A stretch of 64,000 bases of DNA from Utricularia gibba (Eukaryota; Plantae; Magnoliophyta). Positions 1 through 11,900 of this stretch are shown in pieces. The notes under the pieces are model-generated. The model saw only the letters and a program-made list of their open reading frames with translations. It ran no database searches and had not been told where the DNA came from. The position numbers and the translations under genes were made by a program. Where the stretch lies: NCBI GenBank assembly GCA_002189035.1, contig NEEC01000002.1:6014001-6078000 (forward strand), in the 5' to 3' direction. The stretch's first letter is position 1. Each line of letters begins with the position of its first letter.

Positions 1-823
1 ATATATAATTTAAATAACCTGATATACTGAATGCCTATAATTATATGTTTTAAATATATTTAAAACATTTTAATAAAGATATGTGAATTACCTAAGAAGT
101 GTTAAATAGGACTAGAAATGTTTTATTTATGTAAAAATAAAATTATATTTTTGCTATCTTTTAATGTAAATGAAAAAAGTGAACTATAAAAATATTAAAT
201 AAGCGCTGAGATATAAAATTAATCTATAAATATTTACAATCAGCGTTAATCTATAATTTTGTTATTTTAATACAGAAGTTTAAAAATTAAATAGAATCTT
301 TTCAATAAACTTTGTAAATATAACATGCTCTAGATTTACGTATCTTTAAATTAATAAATATCGATTTTATCTAGTTTAATAAACATATGATTTTAATACC
401 TTATTAATATAATTTTTTTAATACTATCTACAAAACACATTAAATTGTAAACATGATAATATTTATTTTAATAGTACTATGTTTCAATGGAAAAACACAG
501 CTTGGGGTGGTGTCATGTAGGAAGCTAACTAAACATGTATTCATCTCCCACATTGAAGCTCAATTTTCTTTGATCATGTTTCTCATAAGTTGTTTTGTGG
601 AATTTAGAACAAAATTTCCACATATATTAGTAATAAAATTATTTTAATTATTTTTTAAAATATATATTAAAATAGAACCCAAATTAGACTGCGGGCAAGC
701 TTAAGGTATGATACAACAAAATTGTATGTCCTAGGTGTTAATGCTTATAAACAAGTTTTAATGTAGATGAATTAGAAGTTTGGTCATGTATCAAACATTA
801 TGTGAAAAAATTGTCACCATATA

Positions 824-840
824 ATATATATATATATATA
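824..840. repeat. (AT)n microsatellite
   Basis: Uninterrupted AT dinucleotide run read directly. Confidence 0.9.
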
Positions 841-1329
841 CCTAATGTGTAAAAGATAATACAAAAGTGATTACTTTTCTAAATGACTCATTCTAAAGTA
901 GTACAACATGCTTTTCAAAATCTTGTCAATGTGGGAGGTTATCCTTTGAAATTAAAGCTTCAAAGGGATCATAAAAGTTGGAAGATTTAATTCAACTATG
1001 TAATAAGCTTTGAAATTAATGCAATTTATCATATACTTGATATAAAGGTAGAAAACATAACATGAATCACAAACAATGTCCTAAATAATTATTTAATGTT
1101 TGGGTGATGATTTACAGGTAGTTTTGAGGAGTGATGAATGTTAGAATAAGTTGCTAAATGTCGCGGTCTAACACATTTAACGTATCAAAACAAATTTATA
1201 AACGTAGCTATTTTACTACACAAATAATATGAATTAATATAATGTGGCAAGCAAGGGTAGAATTCACATGCAATGTTTGTAATTTCCTGAAGTTTATCAC
1301 ATTTACTGAAAATAGGAGGTTTCTTGGGG

Positions 1330-2245
1330 GTTTAGTTCCAACGCGGATAAGACTTAAAATAACAATAACTGAAATAAATTGGTTTTAATGATGAAAAAGG
1401 ATTGAAATTAACGTGAATGGATAGGAAACATAAAATAAAAGTGATTATGCTGGGTTTTACACTAGGGTCTAATTCTTGTGTCACTCAAGAGAGCCCATAG
1501 GCTTAAACCCAACTTGAAAATGCTTAAAAATAGAGTAAGAGTTTGCAGGAATAGAGGAAGGGTTCGTAGTAACAGTAAATCGCATATTAAATTTAAAGGC
1601 AAACACAAAAGGCTCAAGCAAGAACATGTTCATAAGCTTAAATAAGGTTTCCAGGCAATTTCTCGTTCACAACAAGGTACTAAAAATGTAGTAGAAAGCA
1701 TAGAAACGAAGACAGTAACAGTAGCTAGTTTGTCGACACAAACGGAATGTAGAAAATGGAAAATAAAGTGTTTAGTGGTTGCTCTCGATTGTAGATCTAT
1801 TGGAAATCGAAGTTCTGGCCGGAAATGTGGTGTAGAAATGCAGATCTGAAGGTCGTTGGAGATGTTCGTTGGAGAAACATAGTTCTCCTCACTCCCGCTC
1901 TCGCTCCTGTTCCCTCTGTGCACTTTGCGTGCACAATGTACGTTCCTTTTTCTCTCCCTTCCTTTTCCCTTTTACAGCTCAAAAGTAAAGTTAGTTTCAT
2001 CTTTTCCTCAGTCTTCTATAAGAGAGATATCTGCTCTAAATCTTATACTCTCAGAAGGGCGGCTACTTTCGGCGGAAAGTGATTTTTGCATTGCTTTTTG
2101 TCCCCTTTAACTTGTCAACGTAGAAAATACGTTGCTACAGTATTAACTCTTACCTTAGTAAGACTTAAAACAAAAACTAGACGAAATATTAGACTTTTCA
2201 ATGCAATTATTGTCAATTGAGACTGTTTTCACAATAAACACATTT
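1330..2245. mobile_element. Possible degenerate LTR-retrotransposon (LTR-like) remnant
   Basis: Non-coding, more GC-balanced block inside AT-rich spacer. GGGTTTTACA at 1452-1461 (reverse complement TGTAAAACCC) resembles Gypsy LTR termini. No partner LTR, TSD or coding domain seen, so boundaries are approximate. Confidence 0.3.
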
Positions 2246-2804
2246 TAACATACTAAATACACAAAAGAATATAATTTAACACACTAAATAACATTTATCT
2301 CTATAAAACATAATTAAAAACATATATAAAAACATAATAAAAATAGTGTTATCAAGTAGTGTTTTATTTAAAATGAATGTTTTATAAGAAATTTTATTTT
2401 AAACCTCTTTATGAAAAAATAAGGGGAATAGTACTTTGTTTTAAATTTATCATGTATATGTAGCTAAGTTTAAATAATTTAAAGCTAAAATTCAAATATT
2501 TTTTAAATTAAATTTATTTATTTCAAATATTTCGTTTTTAAATCCAAAAAAATAGAAAATAATGAGTTTAAAATGATTTTAATATCTTCGGTGTCTGCCA
2601 TAATAATACTTTATATCACCTTCTCGATGGTTTGTGTGGTTCGCCTTTCCCACTTTTCCGTTGCTGGGTTCCACCAACGCAAACTGGCAACCAAGTTGCA
2701 CCGGAGAAAGTTCTTTTTCTGAGTGGTACATTTACCTAACTTGTGGAGATGGTATACCTCGTGTATCTAATCATTTTTCATACCCAAAAGAAGCGACTTT
2801 TCCC

Positions 2805-5800
2805 ATGGAGGCGGCTCCCCGGAGCTCGTGGCTGCCGCTGCTGCGGTTTTCGGTTATCTTCATAGTTGGTGGAATGCTTGCGGATCCTGCTGGAGCTCAA
2901 AGTGGTGGTTCCGCGGCCACCACTGACCCCTCTGAAGGTCCTCATCGTTTTCCGTGCTCATTCTTTTGTTCGAGTTAAATGCATTTGGAACACGTAGCAC
3001 ATGAAGTGGATTCATGGGGGCATCTTTCTTTTTTCTTATTAGCAAGGTTATTGAACATTATGTTTGAGAGATGGGGAATTAGTGCAACAAATCAATGGAA
3101 TGCGAGCGGGGAACTGTGCAGTGGTGCTGCAATCGATTCCACCCCAATTAGGAATATAAATCCAGGAATCAAATGTGACTGCACAGCTAACAATGGTTCA
3201 ACTTGCCATATTACTGCCCTGTAAGCATAAACATATGCGTATGTGTTTTTACTGCGACATGGGATTTACATATAATGCTCAGAAGTAGAAGGGAATTCGA
3301 AATGGATGGATTGTTTACGCTGTTTACATTGGTATGCAGGAGAGTCTATGCCCTGGATGTGTCTGGCCCTCTTCCAAATGAGCTATGGAATTTAACCTTT
3401 TTGACTGATGTGTATGGTGAAAATGCGCTATTTACATTCTGTAATATGAATCTTGGAGTGCTATTGAGAGTGTCTTTACTCTTTCTTGCAGAAATTTGGA
3501 CCAAAACTATCTCAGTGGTCCTGTTTCTCCTGCCATTGGCAATCTCAATCGTATGCAGTCCTTGTATGTATAGTTTTGTTGTCTCTCGTGCTGTGCTATT
3601 TTCATGATTTGATTCGTTCCTTGGAACAGCATGTTGGTTTGACTTGTTTATGAAAAGTGTGCTTTTGCAATCTCAGGAGCCTTGGCATAAATACATTATC
3701 AGGTTCACTTCCTTCGGAACTGGGACGACTTACAAATTTAAGATTGCTGTAAGTCTAACGAATTGGAAAATGAGATTATGAATATAAGTTTTTTGTTTGC
3801 TGGAATTTATTGATATAACTCCAAAATATACTTTTTTTTCTCTTACTTGATTACGAACAAGTCTCTGCAAGTATAAACTATGTATTCTAAATCTGCCATG
3901 ATTTTTCTTTTCCAGTTTAGACACTTGAGCCGTCTGAGTTTTCTCATGTGCAGAGCCTTTGGCACAAATAACTTCTCTGGTCCTTTCCCATCTGAGCTCG
4001 GTAACCTGACAAGGCTTACGGAAATGTAAACCCTGCTGAAAACACTTCTTTGACAGAAACATCCAGAACGGTTATGGAATGTGTTTCAACATTAAACAGT
4101 TTCCTTTACTATTTTGTTAGATACTTCGACAGTTCTGGAGTGAGTGGTGCACTACCAGAGACCTTTTCACGTCTTCAGAACATGCGAATAGTGTAAAAAA
4201 CTATGGCCCAATCTCGCTTGATGAAACTGTCCAACTGAAAATATTTTTGCATGTAAAATTCTATTAATCACTTGCTTGTTTCTGGATTTCAGATGGGGAT
4301 CTGATAATGCTCTTACAGGCACGATACCAGCTTTTATTGGAAATTGGCCTAGTCTTGAAGTATTGTAAGATTTAACTCTCCAAAAAACTTGTTATTGTGA
4401 ATCATGTGCTTTGGTTTTTTGTAAGCTTCCTTGGTGACAGCTTTTGAGGAGGAAATCTTTCGCAGGAGGTTACAGGGCAATATGTTTCAGGGTCCTATTC
4501 CTTCTTCATTTTCCAGCTTAACCTCTTTGAGCGATTTGTAAGCCTTTCATATATTGTTTTCTTCTACTGATTTCTAAGGATAACTAACTTTTTCATGGGT
4601 AGTGCAGAAGAATTAGTGATGTTTTGAATATGACTTCTTCATTTGGCTTTCTTGAGAACATGACGTCTCTATCTACCATGTAAGAAGCTCAGCAAAAAGT
4701 TTTAGTGTATGGAGATGGGTTGCTTCATTCTAAAGATCAACCAATACTTCTTGACAGAATTTTACGGAACAATCATATTTCGGATTCAATACCTACATTC
4801 TTCAACAATTTCCAAAGCTTGCTTAGGCTGTGAGTCTTGTTCGACCTTATCGTGAACTAGACCTTATTTTACTAGTTTGGAAGCGATGAACATCAGAATG
4901 CAATCATTTAATATTTTCAGGGATTTGAGCTTCAACAATTTGACAGGAAGTATTCCCGACAACATTTTCAATCACGGACGTCTCACTAACTTGTAATGAA
5001 TCATTTTTCCATACCTATGTGGTGGAAGCAAAAAGGTTGATTAACTGCACAAGGCTCTTGCATCATTTGCTGTTTTATTCTCAATTTCAGGTACCTTGGA
5101 AACAACAGTTTAACTGGCGTGCTTCCTTCTCAGAAGAGTCCCAGCCTTTTAAACATGTCTGTGCTTGATTCTCTTTGATCTCTTATATAATCTATTTACT
5201 CCATTCTCTAAAATGCTCCATTCCTTGTTCTAGAGATGTCTCATGCAATGAATTGTCAGGAAACTTTCCATCATGGATCAATCAGCAGGGTTTGAGTCTG
5301 TATGAGCGAAAAAATGTTCTTTTTTTTATGTCAGTCTAAAATGTATATGCACTAATTGTTATTTATCACTTCTTGCAGCAATGTTGTGGCAAACAACTTT
5401 ACTCTCGATAGCTCTAGTAACAGGTAGATTTCTGAAATCAAATTTCATCTGTTTGAAGTTCTACTGTATTTCTCATACCTGTTGTCAATCATTTTACAGA
5501 GTTTTGCCTAGTGGTTTGGAATGCCTGCAAAGAGGCTTTCCTTGTAACCGTAGACCACCTAGATGTAAGGATAATTATTATTCTGTACCCTTTTCCTTCT
5601 TAAACTCATTGATGCTGAAATGATTGACCACTTTTTTTTCAATTTTACACTTTCAGATTCACAATTTGCAATCAAATGTGGTGGCCCTCAGATTACTTCA
5701 TCCAGCGAAATTGTTTATGAAAGAGAGAATGAAGCTCTTGGCCCTGCAAACTACTACATAGTCCCAACAAGACGATGGGGGGTTAGCAATGTTGGTTTGC

Positions 5801-7930
5801 CTAACGAAAACAACAACCCGCAGTATCGAACCGTTTCATCTTCGCAGTTCACAAATACTCTAGATTCTGAGCTTTTTCAGACTGCTAGAGTTTCAGCAGG
5901 GTCATTGAGATACTATGGTTTAGGTCTTGAAAATGGTAACTATACAGTGACACTGCAGTTTGCAGAGGCTACAATAGTGGGTACAGGGACATGGAGGAGT
6001 GTTGGAAGGCGTGTTTTTGATGTATATCTTCAGGTAACCATACCATGGTATTCCATGTCTAAATGGAGCTTTTCTCCTGGAATATATTATAAGAGAATGT
6101 ATATGGTTCAGGGGGATTTGCTGTTGAGAGATTTCAACATACAAAGAGAGGCTGACGGTGTTTCTAACCGAGCTGTGGTGAGGTCATTCAACGTTTCCGT
6201 AGTGAATAACTACGTTGAAATCCATCTGTTTTGGGCTGGCAAAGGGACATGTTGTGTCCCGGCTCAAGGCACATATGGACCAGCTATTTCAGCTATAAGT
6301 GCAACACCAAGTAAGCAAAAATCCCACCCACAGAATCATTTGTTGGAAAACTTTCTGTTGGTATACTTAACCAGAAACTCTTTCTTAAACAGATTTTGTT
6401 CCAACGGTTTCGAACAATCCTCCCGGTGGGAGACGAAATCATACAGGTCTCATCGTTGGGATTGTTGTTGGAGTTCTTACTGCAAGCTTGCTTGTCCTAC
6501 TTGCAGTTTTTCTTGTCCGCCGAAAGCGGCAACGAGATCTAGAGTATCAAGGTGACTGTGAACCTGCAACTCTCAATCCATGTTTATTTTGTCTGTGCAA
6601 TGACATTTGCTGGTTTCTGTTGTTATGAACATCTAGAACTGTCCGGCATTGATGCTCGGCCTTACACATTCAGCTACTCTGAGCTCAAAACTGCTACCAA
6701 TGACTTCAACGCTGCAAATAAGCTTGGGGAGGGAGGATTCGGCTCTGTCTTCAAGGTAGCTGTCCTTCAGTTCTTCCTAGCTGAAGAAGCATCTGCAACT
6801 GATCCCATATTCTGCAGGGTACACTTGGAGATGGAAGAGTCGTCGCCGTTAAGCAGCTCTCAAAGGCCTCAAATCAGGGCAAGGCCCAGTTTGTTGCAGA
6901 GATCCAGATCATCTCCAGTGTGCAACACCGTAACCTGGTCAAGCTTTACGGCTGCTGTATCGAAGGAGACAAGCGTCTTCTTGTCTACGAGTTCCTTGAG
7001 AACAAGAGTCTTGATAAGATACTGTTCGGAGATGGCAGCACCGGCGTACACCTCAACTGGGCAACACGATACGGCATCTGCTTGGGGATCGCCAGAGGCT
7101 TAACATATCTCCATGAGGAAGCTCGCGTGAGGATTGTTCACAGAGATGTAAAGGCGAGCAACATTCTTCTGGACTCCAATCTGATGCCCAAGATATCGGA
7201 TTTCGGGCTCGCTAAACTCTACGACGATGCCAAAACGCACATTAGCACGGGGGTCGCCGGTACAATGTAAGGCTAATGCTTCATCACTTTCCGATCGCAG
7301 AGCAAGGTTTCATCTGTTTCATTTGTTTGCGCAGCGGGTACGTGGCGCCGGAGTATGCAATGCGAGGACTTCTTACCGAGAAAGCAGATATCTTTAGCTT
7401 CGGGGTCGTGGCTATGGAGATTGTTAGCGGGAGATGCAACTCAGAAACACGCTTGGAACGCGATCGCGCTTGTCTTCTTGGATGGGTATGCTTTTCCCAA
7501 AATGATGTTTGATTCACCTGGGCAAGAGCTCATACTGTGTGTGCTGCTTCAGACTTGGGAGCTACACGGAAACGACATGGAATTGCAGCTTGTGGATCCA
7601 AAAGTGAAAGACTACGACATGGAGGAAGTCAAGAGGGTGATCGGCGTTGCTTTGTTATGCACACAATCTTCGCCGGCGCTACGGCCACCCATGTCCCGTG
7701 TGCTGGCCATGCTTTCCGGTGACATCGACGTCGCTCCGGTGACCTCCCGCCCTGGATACCTGACGGATTGGGAGGTCGCCGATTCGTCTTTCACCACAGA
7801 CGCGTATGCGTCCTCATCAAACACTACTGCTCCTGGGGGTACGAATCCGAGCACAGCCAGCACAACCCTCGCAAGCGAGTTAACGATGATGATCCCGATG
7901 GACTTGGAACAGGAAGATGATCCAGAATGA
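2805..7930 (+). CDS. LRR-malectin receptor-like Ser/Thr kinase, copy 1 (At1g56130/At1g56140/At1g56145-like, LRR-VIII-2); 23 exons
   Basis: Exons 2805-2937, 3043-3220, ten 72-nt LRR exons (3340-3411, 3492-3563, 3677-3748, 3954-4025, 4121-4192, 4293-4364, 4466-4537, 4608-4679, 4758-4829, 4921-4992), 5091-5156, 5234-5299, 5379-5423, 5500-5564, 5657-6033, 6112-6310, 6393-6551, 6637-6755, 6818-7266, 7335-7485, 7553-7930; all GT-AG and phase-consistent. Signal peptide, IKCGG...[12 protein letters not shown] malectin domain, TM helix, kinase motifs [24 protein letters not shown]. Confidence 0.95.
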
Positions 7931-8870
7931 ATCTTCTTTCAGCGTGGTGTTTTCCAATGACATTCAGACATATTATCCTGAATTTTATATGTTTAAATTT
8001 AAATAAAAAACTTTAATAATGTTGTGGAAAAATTTTTAAAAATTATTTCTACTTTTCATAATTAAAAATGGATTTGTTCTAGAATATTTGTAATTGTAAA
8101 ATTAATTTTATCAAAAATATTTTTAAAATTATAACTACAAAAGTTATTTTTAGAAAAATAATGATTAGTTACTTTTATTTTTTATTTCTATTTTTCAAAA
8201 TTATTTTTGAAAAGTAATAATAGATTTAAAAATTTTTCCAGAATACTGCTTTTAATTCATTCTCAATTTAAAATAGTTTCTGTTTTTGTAAAAATATTTC
8301 ATAAATAGTGATTTATTATCTAAAAAAAGTGATACATCTATTTTTGGAACAATTATTTAAGGTTTTTAAGGGGTTTGGTGATGGTATTACATTAGTTATG
8401 AAATGAGAAAAAAAATATATTAAGTAGAATGATAATGCTAATATTGTAAGAGTGTTTTTTCTTGAAAAGATAGAACTAAAATCATAATGAATAGGAAAAA
8501 CTAAATTTGGATAATAATGCAAGTGGATAATTGTATTTCACATTAATTGCGAGTAAAATAGGAAAAATGTTTAAATAAAGATATCATTCTAACTTTATAT
8601 GATAATTTTTTCTGGAAAATTATAACTTAAAATCATGATAATTGAATTTATTATACATACATATTTTGTCAACACGTATGGATGATGTTGTAATAAAATG
8701 TTAATATAAATACAATGTGATATCAGATTTGTCTTCGAGCCTTTTCGTCATCATGGCGCACACCAAACCAAAACCAGCACGTTGCCAGCTCCAACTCCAG
8801 GATGTCGCTTATAATCATTTAATTTTACGTCGGAGGTGCAACTAGTCAGCATACTTTCTACAGGGGGATA

Positions 8871-8913
8871 ATTCTCAGATTGCGGCGGCGCACATTCTCA
8901 GATGGCGGCGGCG
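8871..8913 (+). repeat. 20-bp direct duplication spanning the RLK copy 2 start codon
   Basis: ATTCTCAGATTGCGGCGGCG (8871-8890) vs ATTCTCAGATGGCGGCGGCG (8894-8913): 19/20 identical, 3-nt spacer. Confidence 0.85.
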
Positions 8914-11900
8914 GGCCGGTGCCGATGGTTTTGGTTTCTGTTACTCGTTTGGAAGCTGGCTTATTGTCCCGCCGGAGCTCAAAATACCAATCCCGCCGCC
9001 ACCACCGATCCTGATGAAGGTACTCTCTTCTTCTCTCTATCGCCTTTTACTGATAGCAGCAGCATGAAGTTCCATTCAATTCAATGTTTCTTGAATATCA
9101 CCTTCACACTCCCGAATCTGAACTTGGATTTTGCTTATTCTGTTGCGAATAGGGAATTTATAATACATTTGAGTTCTGTATTATTAAGTGGATATTGAGC
9201 AGAAGAATGTCATACGCTTAAGGTTTCCGATACAGTTATCTTACTGAATTAGCTGCAATTCTTTGCATGAAAACTCGGAAGGTTTCAGGTGGTTGAGATT
9301 TTTTTCTTTTGGTTTTGCGTATGACTAGCGAGGGCATTGAATGTGATGTTCGCGAGATGGGGGCTTAGAGCGGAAAATACTTGGAATATAAGTGGGGAAT
9401 TGTGCAGCGGTGTAGCATCCGATTCAACTCCATTTGCCGGTTTAAATCCAGGAATCAAATGTGACTGCTCGGCGAACAATAATTCCACTTGCCATATTAC
9501 TGAGCTGTAATAATACTACACATTTTTTGATAGAGAGAATCAGTAACTTGATGCAGGGGAAGGGAATTTCATAGTTGTCTTTTCATGGACTTGCAGGAGG
9601 ATCTATTCACAAGATGTGACAGGTCCTCTCCCAGATGAGCTGTGGAACTTTACACATTTGTGGAATCTGTATGATCATGTTTCTTGTCTAACTTTCTCTT
9701 CAGTGATTTTTTATATGGTATGAGGAGTTTCCTCTCCATTTTATAGGGATTTGCGCCAGAATTATTTCACAGGTGCCATTCCTCCTACCATCAGCAATCT
9801 CAACCGTTTGCAATACTTGTATGTTACAATACTTTATAATCCGCTGCTATATTTCTATTATTTAATTTATTTTGTTTTCTGTTTTTCATGAAAACATATT
9901 TACTTTTACACATCCCTGGGTTTTTTTATTGCTCCTCTCTTGTGATCTGACGTGCTTTTTTCTTTGTGTGCTTCTGCATTTTACTAGGAGCTTTGGTACA
10001 AATGCCTTGTCAGGTAGGATTCCTTCAGAAATTGGTCTTCTTACAGAGTTAAGATCATTGTAAGTAACAGGAAGTGCATAGCTTTCTCAATATACATAAT
10101 AATGCTTTCTTGAAGCCTACGACAAGCTATGTATGAGCATAGTTATTCTACATTGCAGTGAATGTTATACTCAAGTTTATTGCATTTACTCATGTGCAGA
10201 TCCTTTTCCACAAACAACTTCTCTGGTCCACTCCCTCCCGAGCTTGGGAACTTAACAAGTCTTACCCAGCTGTAAGATACAACAACATGGCTTCAATAGA
10301 AAGATGAAAGATTTAGGAATCCCATGTTACTACAATGTTTCTCTTGCATACCATGTTACTCCAGTGTCTCTCTTGCATTTCCATTAGGTACATTGATAGC
10401 TGCGGAGTAAGTGGTGTGATACCAGAAACTTTTGCCAATCTTCGAAGTTTGGTAACAGTGTAAGAACTTGAAGCCTAATCTCCATTACAAGTACACGTGA
10501 AAACATGCTTGACATAGAATTCGATCATATGGTAATGGTAAGATATCTGGGTTTCAGATCAGCATCTGATAATGATCTCGTTGGTGAGATACCAGCTTAC
10601 ATAGGAAACTGGACTAACCTTGCTGCATTGTAAGTCAATTTAGGTTCTCCATCCTGAAGATGGAAGTTATTAATACCCCATAAAGCTCATAACTTTTGAT
10701 GAGCAATACTTTACAGGCGATTGCAAGGTAATTTATTTCAAGGTGCTATACCTTCAACATTTTCCAACTTGACCATGTTGAATGATTTGTAAGTCCTTTA
10801 TGCTTTTTTCTTTTTTCCTTTCGAGTATGAATAATTCTATATCATTATGCAGGAGAATAAGCGATGTGTTGAATGTAACGTCTTCACTTGATTTTCTTCA
10901 GAACCTGATGTCTTTGTCTACTATGTAAGAAGATTCATAGCAGCATATCTTGCATTCTTTCAACAATATAAGTGATTTTATTTCTTGAATGAGGTTGTTT
11001 CTTTCAACAAGTGATTTTTATTTTTTGGGCAGAATTTTGCGCAACAATTACATTACTAGTTCAATACCTACTTTCTTCAACAATTTTCAGAACTTGCTCA
11101 TACTGTAAGTGTTCTTTAAATTTCACCAGTATACATCTCCAGGGTTGCATGAACCAGATTTTATTACTGAATCCACAAATGTGAATTTTGGTTGTTCAGG
11201 GATTTGAGCTTCAATAATTTGACTGGAAGTATTCCAACCAATATTTTCAATCATGGCTCTCTCACAAACTTGTAATGAATCGTCGTTCAGTGCCTTGCCT
11301 AATGGAAAGTTATTGATTTATTGTTAAAGGTCACTTGTCTTGTGATTTTCAGATATCTTGGAAATAATAGTTTAACTGGCATGCTTCCTTCGCAGAAGAG
11401 TCCCAACCTCATAAGCATGTTCGTGTTTATTTCTACTTGAAATACCAAATGCAGATATTACTGTTCTAAAATAATTCATTCCCTACTTTAGAGACTTGTC
11501 ATACAATGAGTTATCAGGTAGCTTTCCTTCGTGGATCAGTCAGCGAAACTTGAGCCTGTATGAATGAACAACTTCCATAGTTTTTTATAGATGGCGTTAA
11601 ATTAAGTTTGTACTGATTGAAGTGCACCATTTCTTGTAGTAATGTTGTGGCAAACAACTTCAATCTCGATAGTTCAAGTAGAAGGTAAAATTTCTCAAAT
11701 GAAATTTCTCATGTAACAAGCCTATTAATGCTTCTCATAGCTTTTGTGATACGTAATTTCAGTGATTTTCCTAGTGGTTTGAATTGTCTGCAAAGGAACT
11801 TCCCTTGTAACCGCAGACCCCCTATTTGTAAGAAATGTTATTTTATAGCATTAGTTGTCCTGAATTCCATGATGTCCAAGCATATTCACCGTTTCTCTTA

